NCBI RefSeq assembly: GCF_002310835.1
Contig: NZ_CP011041.1
Coordinates: 450,001-482,000 of the forward strand
Length of the DNA: 32,000 bases
DNA from: Pseudoalteromonas tetraodonis
GTDB taxonomy: Bacteria; Pseudomonadota; Gammaproteobacteria; Enterobacterales; Alteromonadaceae
Reading direction: 5' to 3'
Under the pieces are notes generated by a model. That model searched no databases and had not been told where the DNA came from. It saw nothing but the letters and a program-made list of their open reading frames with translations. Within the stretch, counting starts at the first letter, position 1. Each line of letters begins with the position of its first letter. Both the position numbers and the translations under genes were made by a program. Shown here in pieces: positions 8,869-18,032 of this stretch.

Positions 8869-10731
8869 ATGGCATTATTGCAAATTGCTGAGCCGGGGCA
8901 GAGCGCGGCACCACATGAACATAAATTAGCAATTGGAATTGACTTAGGTACCACGAATTCATTAGTGGCAACCGTACAAAGCGGCGAAGCTCGTACTATT
9001 ACTGATGAGTCAGGCGAAGCAATGTTGCCGTCTGTAGTGCGTTACCAAACTGGTGGCATAACCGTGGGTGCAGACGCGATGCAAGCAGCTACACTCGATC
9101 CGGTTAATACGCTTATTTCAGTGAAGCGTTTTTTAGGTAAAACGCAAACCGAAATAGAACAAAGCTATGGTCAACTGCCTTATCAGTTTTGTGATGATGA
9201 TGGTGCACTTGCAATAGCAACTGAAGCCGGGAAAATCAGCCCAGTAAAAGCATCAAGCCATATTTTAGGTGCTTTAAAAGTACGTGCAGAACAAAGCTTT
9301 GGTAATCAAGATATTTTAGGCGCAGTTATTACCGTACCAGCCTATTTTGATGATGCACAACGCCAAAGCACTAAAGATGCGGCTGAACTTGCCGGCATTA
9401 ATGTACTGCGTTTATTAAACGAGCCAACTGCCGCTGCCGTTGCTTATGGTTTAGACTCAGGCCAGGAAGGCATAATTGCTGTTTATGACTTAGGTGGCGG
9501 TACTTTTGATATCTCTATTCTGCGTCTTAATAAAGGCGTGTTTGAAGTGCTGGCCACCGGTGGCGATTCAAGCCTAGGCGGCGACGACTTTGACTCATTA
9601 TTAGTTGATTACCTAAAACAAGAAACCGGCGTGACAGGCTTATCTCCTTCGGTATTACGCTTATTCATTAATAAAGCCAAAGCCTGTAAAGAAGCACTCA
9701 GCCAATACGAAAAAGTGAATGTTGGCCTTGAGTTTGACGATGAAAAATACATGGTTGAAGTAACGCGAGAAAAATTTAATGAGCTCGCTATGCCACTGGT
9801 CAAAAAAACGCTCCGCTCATGTCGTCGTGCAGTAAAAGATGCCGGTATTGAAAACCAGGAAGTATTACAAGTTGTAATGGTTGGTGGTTCAACCCGCATG
9901 CCGTTGGTTCGTACTCAAGTTGGCGAGTTTTTTGATAAACAGCCACTCACTTCAATTGACCCTGATCGTGTTGTTGCACTTGGTGCTGCGCTTCAAGCTG
10001 ACGTATTGATTGGTAACAAGCCAGATTCAGACATGTTATTACTTGATGTGTTACCGTTGTCGTTAGGCCTTGAAACAATGGGTGGCTTGGTTGAAAAAAT
10101 CATTCCACGCAATACCACGATTCCGGTTGCGCGTGCGCAAGAATTTACTACGTTTAAAGATGGTCAAACGGCTATGTCGTTGCATGTTTTACAAGGTGAA
10201 CGTGAACTGGTTGACGATTGTCGATCGCTGGCTAAATTTAGCTTAAAAGGCATTCCTCCTATGGCGGCGGGGGCGGCGCATATTCGCGTTACCTTTAAAG
10301 TAGACGCTGATGGTTTATTAAGCGTGTCGGCAATGGAAAAATCAACGGGTGTTCAAGCAGAAATACAAGTAAAACCGTCGTTTGGTTTGTCTGACGACCA
10401 AGTTGCTAATATGCTTAAAGAGTCGATGAGTAACGCTAAAGGCGATATGCAAGCGCGTATGCTTAAAGAGCAACAAGTTGAAGCGCTTCGTGTAATAGAA
10501 GCGATGGAAGCCTCATTAGCTGCTGATGGCGATTTACTTGAGCCTGAGCAATTAGCGACGCTAAAAGTGGAAATAAGCGAACTTGCGAAAGTACGCGAGA
10601 GTGCGCAAGAGCCAAGCGAAATTAAAGCGGCCATTGAAAAAATGGATAATGCGAGCAGTGATTTTGCCGCGCGCAGAATGGACGCGTCAATTAAAAAAGC
10701 CTTAACGGGTCAGTCAGTAGACAATATATAA
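8869..10731 (+). CDS. hscA: Fe-S protein assembly chaperone HscA (Hsp70 family)
   Basis: 620 aa. Hsp70 ATPase motifs are present ([26 protein letters not shown]). The N-terminus [10 protein letters not shown] is typical of HscA. Confidence 0.97.
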   Translation: MALLQIAEPGQSAAPHEHKLAIGIDLGTTNSLVATVQSGEARTITDESGEAMLPSVVRYQTGGITVGADAMQAATLDPVNTLISVKRFLGKTQTEIEQSYGQLPYQFCDDDGALAIATEAGKISPVKASSHILGALKVRAEQSFGNQDILGAVITVPAYFDDAQRQSTKDAAELAGINVLRLLNEPTAAAVAYGLDSGQEGIIAVYDLGGGTFDISILRLNKGVFEVLATGGDSSLGGDDFDSLLVDYLKQETGVTGLSPSVLRLFINKAKACKEALSQYEKVNVGLEFDDEKYMVEVTREKFNELAMPLVKKTLRSCRRAVKDAGIENQEVLQVVMVGGSTRMPLVRTQVGEFFDKQPLTSIDPDRVVALGAALQADVLIGNKPDSDMLLLDVLPLSLGLETMGGLVEKIIPRNTTIPVARAQEFTTFKDGQTAMSLHVLQGERELVDDCRSLAKFSLKGIPPMAAGAAHIRVTFKVDADGLLSVSAMEKSTGVQAEIQVKPSFGLSDDQVANMLKESMSNAKGDMQARMLKEQQVEALRVIEAMEASLAADGDLLEPEQLATLKVEISELAKVRESAQEPSEIKAAIEKMDNASSDFAARRMDASIKKALTGQSVDNI

Positions 10732-10742
10732 GAGAGATTAGA

Positions 10743-11081
10743 ATGCCACAAATTGTTTTTCTTCCCCATCCGGAGTTGTGTCCTGACGGTGCAGCAATAG
10801 AAGCGCCCGCTGGCGAAACGGTACTTGATATCGCGCTTAAAAATGGCATTAGCATTCCTCATGCCTGTGAAAAATCATGTGCATGTACAACGTGTCATTT
10901 AGTGATCCGTGAAGGTTTTGACTCATTAGATGAAAGTGATGACCTAGAAGATGACATGCTAGATAAAGCATGGGGTTTAGAGCCTGAATCGCGCTTAGGT
11001 TGCCAGGCAATTATTAGAGATGAAGACTTAGTGGTTGAAATACCTAAGTACAATCTCAATATCGTTAATGAAGAACACTAG
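10743..11081 (+). CDS. fdx: ISC-system [2Fe-2S] ferredoxin
   Basis: 112 aa, MPQIVFLPH..., with the adrenodoxin-type Cys pattern CEKSCACTTCH ... C. It is the last gene of the isc operon. Confidence 0.95.
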   Translation: MPQIVFLPHPELCPDGAAIEAPAGETVLDIALKNGISIPHACEKSCACTTCHLVIREGFDSLDESDDLEDDMLDKAWGLEPESRLGCQAIIRDEDLVVEIPKYNLNIVNEEH

Positions 11082-11106
11082 TTTTTAATTAATGACTATC
11101 ATATTA

Positions 11107-11137
11107 AAAGCCGCTGTTTGATACAGCGGCTTTTTTG
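11107..11137 (+). terminator. Rho-independent terminator of the isc operon
   Basis: AGCCGCTG (11109-11116) pairs with CAGCGGCT (11123-11130) and is followed by TTTTTT. Confidence 0.8.
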
Positions 11138-11147
11138 TTTGTATTTG

Positions 11148-11491
11148 GTAGCAGCGGGTTTACCCCGCGTCTTTTTAAAGTTAAAGGCGAAAGGTTAAAG
11201 GCGAAAGGTTAAAGGGTTACGAGCTTCGGGTGACGGGCCTCGAACCTAGTACCTGCGCAAGCTTTTTTCTCTGTGTAGCGCGCAGCGCCTCGGTGCACTC
11301 TGTGGTAAAAAACATTTTGTAGCAGCGGGTTTACCCCGCGTCTTTTTAAAGGTTAAAGGCGAAAGGCAAAATGTTACGAGCGACGGGCGGCGGGTAAATT
11401 AAAATTAAAAAGTCTTGTAGCGTTAACCACAAGGCTTTTTTAATTTATCGAAGCCCGAAGCCCAAAACCCGAAGCCCAAAACCCAAAACCC
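11148..11491 (+). repeat. Composite intergenic repeat: 2 REP-like hairpins, 7/14-nt arrays, a CTCTGTGG box, a conserved hairpin and a heptamer array
   Basis: GTAGCAGCGGGTTTACCCCGCGTC occurs at 11148-11171 and 11319-11342, each followed by TTTTTAAAG and (GGTTAAA/GGCGAAA) units. TTCTCTGTGTAGCGCGCAGCGCCTCGGTGCACTCTGTGGT lies at 11267-11306. An 11-bp-stem hairpin lies at 11407-11441. (CGAAGCC/CAAAACC)x6 lies at 11449-11491 and ends 10 nt before the gabD RBS. Confidence 0.9.
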
Positions 11492-11507
11492 ATTTTGGAG
11501 GTATATT

Positions 11508-12935
11508 TTGAGTGATCTTATTTTTTCAGACTCGTTTATTAACGGTGAATTTTATCAAACCAACTCACGCTTTAGCGTTGATGATCCGGCCACCGAACAA
11601 AGTATTGTTGATGTAAGTGATATTGACGAGCAAGGCGTAAAAAATGCCATAACAGCAGCACAAGGCGCTTTTGTAAAATTAAAAGCCACCAATGCGACCG
11701 AGCGAAGCGAAACCCTGATGCGTTGGTATGATCTAGTAATAAAGCACAAAAAAACGCTAGCTACACTTATGACTAAAGAGCAGGGAAAACCGCTTAAAGA
11801 ATCTCTTGGTGAAATAGATTATGGCGCCGGTTTTATTAAATGGTTTGCAGAGGAAGCTAAACGCAGCTACGGCGATGTGATCCCCGCCACCGATAACAGT
11901 CATCGTTTAACTAGCTTCAAGCAACCTATTGGCGTGGTAGCAGGTATTACGCCATGGAATTTTCCTGTTGCTATGGTGACTCGAAAAGTCGCGCCGGCTT
12001 ATGCCGCGGGCTGTAGTTTTATACTCAAGCCTTCTGAGCACACACCATTATGTGCTATCGCTTTAGCTTATTTAGCTGATCAGGCTGGCTTTGTTAAAGG
12101 TGCATTTAATGTGCTTGTGTCACAAGATGCCAAAAAGGTTGGCAAAATGCTGACAGACTCAGAGGTGGTACGTAAGTTTACTTTTACTGGCTCTACAGGT
12201 GTAGGTAAGCAGTTACTCTCTCAATGTGCATCTACAATAAAGCGTACTTCAATGGAATTGGGGGGAAATGCCCCGTTTATAATATTTGATAATGCTGATA
12301 TTGACGATGCGATTGATGGATTAATGGCGGCCAAATTTAGAAACTCAGGACAAGCTTGTGTTGCAGCAAATCGTATTTTTATTCAGCGTAATATATTAAA
12401 TGACGTGCTTGAAAAAATTACACCCAAAGTCGCTGCGCTCAAAGTTGCGAACGGTTTTGATGAAAATGCCGACATAGGGCCGCTTATTTACCCCAAAGCA
12501 AAAGAGAAAGTGCAACAACTGATTAAAGACGCTCTTGATAAAGGCGCTACGCTAATTGGAGATAACAGCAATTTAGGTGGCAGTTTTCAAAACCCATTAA
12601 TAGTCACCAATGTCACTACACAAATGGATATTTATCACGAAGAAGTGTTTGGTCCTGTATTAACGGTGATCCCATTTGATGAAGAAAGCGAAGTACTTGC
12701 GCTCGCTAATGACGTCCCTTATGGGTTAGCTGCGTACTTTTATAGCCAAAACATTAAACAAATCTATCGTATAAGCGAAGGGCTAGAGTTTGGCATGGTA
12801 GGTGTAAATGAGGGAGTTATATCAAACCCAGTTGCGCCGTTTGGTGGTGTAAAGCAATCAGGTCTTGGTCGTGAAGGCGGGCATCAGGGTTTAGATGAGT
12901 ACTTAGAAGAAAAATACGTATGTATTAAGCTGTAA
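11508..12935 (+). CDS. gabD: NAD(P)-dependent succinate-semialdehyde dehydrogenase (aldehyde dehydrogenase family)
   Basis: 475 aa. ALDH motifs are present (ITPWNFP, FTGSTGVGK, ELGGNAP with the catalytic Glu, GQACVAANR with the catalytic Cys, EEVFGPV). Overall it resembles GabD. The start is TTG, preceded by GGAGG. The subfamily assignment is less certain than the family. Confidence 0.85.
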   Translation: MSDLIFSDSFINGEFYQTNSRFSVDDPATEQSIVDVSDIDEQGVKNAITAAQGAFVKLKATNATERSETLMRWYDLVIKHKKTLATLMTKEQGKPLKESLGEIDYGAGFIKWFAEEAKRSYGDVIPATDNSHRLTSFKQPIGVVAGITPWNFPVAMVTRKVAPAYAAGCSFILKPSEHTPLCAIALAYLADQAGFVKGAFNVLVSQDAKKVGKMLTDSEVVRKFTFTGSTGVGKQLLSQCASTIKRTSMELGGNAPFIIFDNADIDDAIDGLMAAKFRNSGQACVAANRIFIQRNILNDVLEKITPKVAALKVANGFDENADIGPLIYPKAKEKVQQLIKDALDKGATLIGDNSNLGGSFQNPLIVTNVTTQMDIYHEEVFGPVLTVIPFDEESEVLALANDVPYGLAAYFYSQNIKQIYRISEGLEFGMVGVNEGVISNPVAPFGGVKQSGLGREGGHQGLDEYLEEKYVCIKL

Positions 12936-13084
12936 TGATTAAGACTGTTCCGATGAGTTAATGGTTGTAAGATAAAACTCGGTTAAATGTTGCTAGATAA
13001 TGGGCTAAATGTTACCTTTTTAATATATATTTTTCGTAACAAAATAGTAAAAAAATTTCTATAAGTAGAAATACCCCCGTGTGT

Positions 13085-13113
13085 AAATGCCACCATTTGG
13101 TGGCATTTTTTTT
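13085..13113 (+). terminator. Rho-independent terminator
   Basis: AAATGCCACCA (13085-13095) pairs with TGGTGGCATTT (13098-13108) and is followed by a T-run. It lies about 150 nt after the gabD stop. Confidence 0.7.
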
Positions 13114-13408
13114 AGCCACTTTTGTGGCGAACCTTATCGCTTCGGTCTAAAATTACTCTATAAGCAGTGATTGGTGTTTAAACTTTGTATATAAGCTTAA
13201 AATAAAGTAATAACTATTCTCGTTTGTTTTTGTGAGTTTTTGTAACCTTATGTTTTTAAATGTATATTTTTACTAAGCTGAGGTGTAATATGAAGTTTCA
13301 GGCTCTTTTGAACTGTTAGAATATAGTAATAATGTATAATTGTGTTTTATACATTTATAAATTAACATCCCGCAAATTCACCCATTAAAAAATAATGAAG
13401 CACCCACT

Positions 13409-14950
13409 ATGAGTAGAAGAAATCAAGCAACGGTAGACCAGGAAGTTTCGTTTGGCATTGACGAAGAATTAGTTTCTACAACAGATTTACGAGGGGTTAT
13501 CACCTATGCAAATGATAGCTTTTGTAAAGTTTCAGGGTATACCATCAATGAGTTAAAAGGGAAAAATCATAATATGGTTCGTCACCCAGATATGCCACCT
13601 GCGGCATTTGGTGATATGTGGTCTAATTTAAAAAGCGATACCGCATGGCGAGGAGCTGTAAAAAATAGATGTAAAGATGGGCGTTATTACTGGGTTGATG
13701 CATTTGTTACCCCTATTTACGAAAACGGTAAAAAAGTAGGTTATCAATCAGTTCGCCAACAACTCCTTCCAGAATATAAACACCGCGCAGAAAAGCTTTA
13801 CCAACGTTTAAACAACGGTCAATCAATTACGCCTTTAAGTGAAAAATTAGCTGCATTTAAATTGCCTCTATTTATTGGGTGTGCCGCTTTAATTGCTTGG
13901 TTAACAAGTTACATGTTCTGGTTATGTTTGCTGTTTGTTCCTCTGCCTTTTGTTATTTTTTATGAAGAGTTAATTCGCTCGCAAAGCAAAATCAAAAAAA
14001 CCAAGGCAGGCCCAGATAGCGTATCTCGGCATATTTATTCTGGTAGCGATAGCCTCAGCTATAGTGATTTTCGGATTAAATTACTTGAGGGTAAAGTAAC
14101 GACCATTGTTGGGCGTATTATTGATGGCACTTTAAGCCTTAGCAAAGGAGCTGATTCGCTTAAAGTTTGTGCTGAAGCTGCGCAGGCTGGCGTTGAAAAA
14201 GAAGCATCTGAATTACATCAGGTATCGTCTGCGGTCGAAGAAATGGTGCATTCAATTGACGAGGTAGCAAAAAACACCTTAGTCACTAATCAACGAGTGC
14301 AACAAGCTCACCAAGATTGTGAGTCAGCAACGCAAGCCATGTCTGGGACAATGCGAGAGGTGTCGTTACTTGCAACTGAAGTTGATAACTCAGCAAGCTC
14401 TGCGAGTGAGTTAGCAACAGAGGCTGAAAAAATTGGTGGTATAATGCAAGAGATACAAGGGATTGCCGATCAAACAAATTTACTTGCACTCAATGCCGCT
14501 ATTGAGGCTGCGCGTGCTGGTGAACATGGTAGAGGCTTCTCGGTTGTTGCTGATGAGGTACGTGCACTCTCAAGCAGAACGCATACCGCCACAGAGCAAA
14601 TTCAAGTCTCAATATCTGAAATGCAATCTACGCTACTCAACTGGTCCAAAACAATGGAAGCGGGTAAACACGCTGCTGAAACATGTGTTAAAGAAACCCG
14701 TAATAGCCAAGATATCGTCTCAAAAGTCTATGCGGCAATTACAGATATTTCCGATTTAGCAACGCAAATATCAACCGCTGCGGAAGAGCAAAGTATGGTA
14801 TCGCAAGAAATTAGCCGCAATATTTCCAATATTAGTAGTGCGTCTTCAGAAAATTTAGCCCAAGCGCATTGTGTAGGGGCAGAGTCTGATGCGATTGAAA
14901 AGCACTCTAAAGCATTAGCGTCATTAGGTCTTTCTTTCAAAGTAGGTTAG
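13409..14950 (+). CDS. Methyl-accepting chemotaxis protein with an N-terminal cytoplasmic PAS domain (Aer-like topology)
   Basis: 513 aa. A PAS motif is present ([20 protein letters not shown]...MVRHPDMP...[12 protein letters not shown]). A hydrophobic hairpin lies around aa 150-190. The highly conserved MCP signalling tip is present ([37 protein letters not shown]). Confidence 0.92.
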   Translation: MSRRNQATVDQEVSFGIDEELVSTTDLRGVITYANDSFCKVSGYTINELKGKNHNMVRHPDMPPAAFGDMWSNLKSDTAWRGAVKNRCKDGRYYWVDAFVTPIYENGKKVGYQSVRQQLLPEYKHRAEKLYQRLNNGQSITPLSEKLAAFKLPLFIGCAALIAWLTSYMFWLCLLFVPLPFVIFYEELIRSQSKIKKTKAGPDSVSRHIYSGSDSLSYSDFRIKLLEGKVTTIVGRIIDGTLSLSKGADSLKVCAEAAQAGVEKEASELHQVSSAVEEMVHSIDEVAKNTLVTNQRVQQAHQDCESATQAMSGTMREVSLLATEVDNSASSASELATEAEKIGGIMQEIQGIADQTNLLALNAAIEAARAGEHGRGFSVVADEVRALSSRTHTATEQIQVSISEMQSTLLNWSKTMEAGKHAAETCVKETRNSQDIVSKVYAAITDISDLATQISTAAEEQSMVSQEISRNISNISSASSENLAQAHCVGAESDAIEKHSKALASLGLSFKVG

Positions 14951-14954
14951 TAAA

Positions 14955-17507
14955 GTGAGCAAGGATAGCAAGCAGTTAGATATAGGTGCAGCCTATGATG
15001 TATCGTATTCTCAATGTGCAAATTTAAGTGCACAATTGAGAGTACTGCAGCACGAAATTAAAGCCGATTACTTATTTATTGCCTCTGTAAATGAAGATAA
15101 ATTAGCAACTACGCAGTTGGTTTTATATAACGCAGAGGTCGTTGATAACTTTTCTTATTCGCTAGAAGGCTCGCCTTGTGAACAGCTGCCTTCAAAAAGT
15201 GCGTGTTTTATAACGGATGAATTACAACAACACTATCCTGAAAATAAGCTACTAAAAACTATAAATGCGCAAGCTTACATTGGCGTCTCTATAAGCAATG
15301 ATGAAGGCCAATTAAGCGGCGTACTGGTTGGTCTTTATTTAAATAGTGATCCAACAATCGAACGCTACCTACCAAGGCTAATTAGCTTTGCGAGTTATAC
15401 AGCAGTGTTCTTGCAAAAGTGTTTTTTAGAAGATAAATCAAGCTCACAGCAATCACTATTTAGTGCTGTTGAAGCTATGTCGAAGGTAGGCACGTGGGAA
15501 TACACAATTTCAACCGGCGAGCTAAATTATTCACCCGAGGTTTATAATATTTATGGCCTTGATAAGCACAAACCGCTCACGACCACACAAGCGATTGCGC
15601 ATTATGCTGGTGAAAAAGAGCAAGCGCGTATTCGTGATTTTTTTAATCGTTTGCAAACACATGGTCTTCCTTATTGTGAAGACTTTGAGTTTGTAGATGC
15701 TCATGGCAATAAAAAGTGGGTACGGACGAGTGGTCACCCTGTTTTTAATGATGATCATCAGGTTATTAAAGTGCATGGTGCTTTTGAAGATGTCACTTTA
15801 GAGTATGAATTAAAGGCCAAGGTTGATGATAAAAATAATCGCCTTGAAGCTATTTTAAATAACTTAAATGATGCAGTGATCACTATTAATCAGCAAGGCG
15901 TTATTGTTCACTGTAACTCAACCGCATTAACTATGTTTGGCTATAAGCAAAATGAAATGCTTGGCTTGTCGATTAACAACTTAATGCCTGAGCCTTATGC
16001 ATCTAAGCATCACTCGTATATGCGAAATTATGAGCAAACAGGTGAGGCTAAAATTATTGGTGTTGGTAGGCAACTACCTGCAAGAAAAAAAGACGGCACT
16101 ATTTTTCAAATAGAATTGTCACTTACCAAAGCCGTTAATGAGCAAAGCGTTGAATATATTGGTGTAGTTAGAGATATTAGTGAAAAACTCAAAGCGCAAG
16201 ATACCATTTATAATTTAGCTTATTCAGATCCCATAACAGGATTAAAAAATAAGCGGTGGTTTGAGCGCGAATGCAGAAGTTTACTTCAAAGTGCCAGCAT
16301 TAATAATGGCTATATATATGCTGCATTATTAGATATGGATAAGTTAGCGCAATTTAACTTTAAGTACGGTATTGAGGCGGGCAACGAAGCACTCATTTTA
16401 ACGGCTAAAAAACTATCAAATGCGGTACAGGGCGAGTACAAGCTATACAAAAGCGGAGTCGATTCTTTTTTAATTATAAGCGCCAATATAAGTAATGACT
16501 TATCCTACCTAGAGCAACAACAACCAAGTATAGACTCTAAAATATTAGCGCTAGATAACTTCTCACATAAGATCAGTGATCTTGATGTGGTACTAAGCGC
16601 CTCGTTGGGCAGTACAATTATTAATGCGAGTAGAGACTCCTATAGCTCTATGTTTGATAAGTTGGAATACGCACTAAAACAAGCCAAAAAGTTGTCTCCT
16701 TTTGGTTATTACTTTGCAGATTTAGATGCATTAAAACGTTACGAACGTACCAATAAAATTCGTTACTTACTAATAAATGTTGATAAAAGTGATGAATTAA
16801 CACTGGTACTACAGCCACAATTTATTAATGAAAATACCTTTAATTCAGCCGAAGCATTATTACGTTGGGATTCTGAGGAATTAGGCGTAATAAGCCCTGG
16901 GGAATTTATACCCCTAGCAGAAGAGAGTGAAGCCATTATTAAAATTGGCGATTGGGTGGTTGATCAAGTATGTAAGTTGCTGCATGAAGTCAGCCGAGCA
17001 GGAAAAAACACCTGTATTGCCGTTAACATTAGCGCTAAACAAATTGTAGCCCCCGATTTTAAGGAAAAATTGCTCGCCAGTGTTCATAAGTGGCAAGTGT
17101 CACCACGTAACTTAGTGATAGAGCTGACCGAAACGACTTTAGTGTCAGACATCGAACTAGTAAAAGAGACTATGCTTGAACTTAATAAAAAGGGCTTTAG
17201 GTTTTCAATTGATGACTTTGGAACGGGTTATTCAAGCCTGAGTTATTTGAAAGAGTTGCCAATTTCTGAGCTTAAAATAGATAAATACTTTGTCGATGGC
17301 ATTATGGATACTGACGATAATTCAAGTAAAACTATTGTGAATATGATCATCGACATGGCCAGTGCTTTAGGCGTAAATAGCGTTGCTGAAGGCGTTGAGG
17401 AACCTGCGCAATTTAATTATTTAAAGCAGCGCGGTTGCAACTTATTTCAAGGCTATTTATTTTCAAAGCCACTGCCTATTGCACAGTGGAAAGAACGCCT
17501 TAAATAA
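14955..17507 (+). CDS. Sensor c-di-GMP phosphodiesterase: GAF-like, PAS, PAS, degenerate GGDEF, EAL
   Basis: 850 aa, with a GTG start 4 nt after the MCP stop. The GGDEF signature is replaced by SGVDSF. The EAL domain looks intact (EALLRW, IELTE, DDFGTGYSSLSYL, KIDKYF, AEGVE, QGYLFSKP). Confidence 0.9.
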   Translation: MSKDSKQLDIGAAYDVSYSQCANLSAQLRVLQHEIKADYLFIASVNEDKLATTQLVLYNAEVVDNFSYSLEGSPCEQLPSKSACFITDELQQHYPENKLLKTINAQAYIGVSISNDEGQLSGVLVGLYLNSDPTIERYLPRLISFASYTAVFLQKCFLEDKSSSQQSLFSAVEAMSKVGTWEYTISTGELNYSPEVYNIYGLDKHKPLTTTQAIAHYAGEKEQARIRDFFNRLQTHGLPYCEDFEFVDAHGNKKWVRTSGHPVFNDDHQVIKVHGAFEDVTLEYELKAKVDDKNNRLEAILNNLNDAVITINQQGVIVHCNSTALTMFGYKQNEMLGLSINNLMPEPYASKHHSYMRNYEQTGEAKIIGVGRQLPARKKDGTIFQIELSLTKAVNEQSVEYIGVVRDISEKLKAQDTIYNLAYSDPITGLKNKRWFERECRSLLQSASINNGYIYAALLDMDKLAQFNFKYGIEAGNEALILTAKKLSNAVQGEYKLYKSGVDSFLIISANISNDLSYLEQQQPSIDSKILALDNFSHKISDLDVVLSASLGSTIINASRDSYSSMFDKLEYALKQAKKLSPFGYYFADLDALKRYERTNKIRYLLINVDKSDELTLVLQPQFINENTFNSAEALLRWDSEELGVISPGEFIPLAEESEAIIKIGDWVVDQVCKLLHEVSRAGKNTCIAVNISAKQIVAPDFKEKLLASVHKWQVSPRNLVIELTETTLVSDIELVKETMLELNKKGFRFSIDDFGTGYSSLSYLKELPISELKIDKYFVDGIMDTDDNSSKTIVNMIIDMASALGVNSVAEGVEEPAQFNYLKQRGCNLFQGYLFSKPLPIAQWKERLK

Positions 17508-17510
17508 TAT

Positions 17511-17695
17511 GTAGCAGCGACTTTATTTTGCGTTTATTAAGTTTATATGTTCAAAGCTTCAAATGCGGGCATCGGGCTTCGAGACGCGGGGTAAATCCAC
17601 TGCTACGTGTGTAGTTTTTAAATCTATGGTAGCAGCGACGTTATGTCGCGTCAGGTTTAAGATCTAATAAATGCGTAAGGTAAACTCATGCCTAC
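17511..17695. repeat. Cluster of four REP-like hairpins in alternating orientation (BIME-like)
   Basis: GTAGCAGCGACTTTATTTTGCGT (17511-17533) is in forward orientation. GACGCGGGGTAAATCCACTGCTAC (17583-17606) is inverted. GTAGCAGCGACGTTATGTCGCGTC (17629-17652) is forward. GCGTAAGGTAAACTCATGCCTAC (17673-17695) is inverted. Confidence 0.85.
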
Positions 17696-17796
17696 AGACA
17701 AGTTGGCGTAGTTTCTTTATTTCTGACTTGGCTTTGTATCGGGTAAATATAATTTAGAGATTAGCTTTAGATATTACTGAGGAGACTTAGAAATAG

Positions 17797-17873
17797 TGGG
17801 GCGATTGACGGGGCTCGAACCCGCGACAACCGGAATCACAATCCGGGGCTCTACCAACTGAGCTACAACCGCC
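17797..17873 (-). tRNA. tRNA-His (anticodon GTG) with encoded G-1 and CCA
   Basis: The minus strand reads G-GCGGTTG-TA-GCTC-AGTTGGTA-GAGC-C-CCGGA-TTGTGAT-TCCGG-TTGTC-GCGGG-TTCGAGC-CCCGT-CAATCGC-C-CCA. It folds into a full cloverleaf with a 7-bp acceptor stem. The extra 5' G pairing with C73 is the tRNA-His hallmark. Confidence 0.95.
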
Positions 17874-17903
17874 ACTACATACACCTTGTTTGGTGTGGCG
17901 CGC

Positions 17904-17932
17904 ATAATACATAATATCCCCATGCTTGTGAA
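17904..17932 (-). promoter_or_regulatory. Sigma70 promoter of tRNA-His
   Basis: On the minus strand: TTCACA (17932-17927), a 17-nt spacer, TATTAT (17909-17904), then the GC-rich discriminator GCGCGCC typical of stringently controlled stable-RNA promoters. It lies about 30 nt upstream of the mature 5' end. Confidence 0.6.
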
Positions 17933-18032
17933 GCAAAAAATCAAAAAAATTAAACTTATTTTAAGTATTCTATATTTAAGCTATTGGCAACGGGTAACGG
18001 GCAGCTCGAATCCCTAATTCCGCGCAAGATTT

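Noticed and set aside
6261-10634. Minus-strand ORFs inside iscS, iscU, hscB and hscA (6261-6452, 6603-6854, 7501-7761, 8391-8666, 9609-9899, 10353-10634)
   Set aside because: All are antisense shadows of strongly supported, highly conserved plus-strand genes. Their compositions are Ser/Ala/Cys-rich, as is typical of antisense frames.
11082-11507. Expected iscX (and pepB) after fdx
   Set aside because: No ORF of suitable size exists on either strand, and the gap is filled entirely by terminator, REP and heptamer elements. The absence of iscX is noted but not treated as a finding because it is common outside the Enterobacterales.
13289-13318. 9-codon mini-ORF (MKFQALLNC) with a GAGGTG RBS in the chemoreceptor leader
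   Set aside because: It is too short to evaluate from sequence alone, and there is no recognisable attenuator structure around it.
14286-14940. Alternative-frame and antisense ORFs inside the chemoreceptor gene (14286-14489, 14463-14759, 14728-14940)
   Set aside because: They overlap the most conserved part of the MCP signalling domain, and no independent start signals are present.
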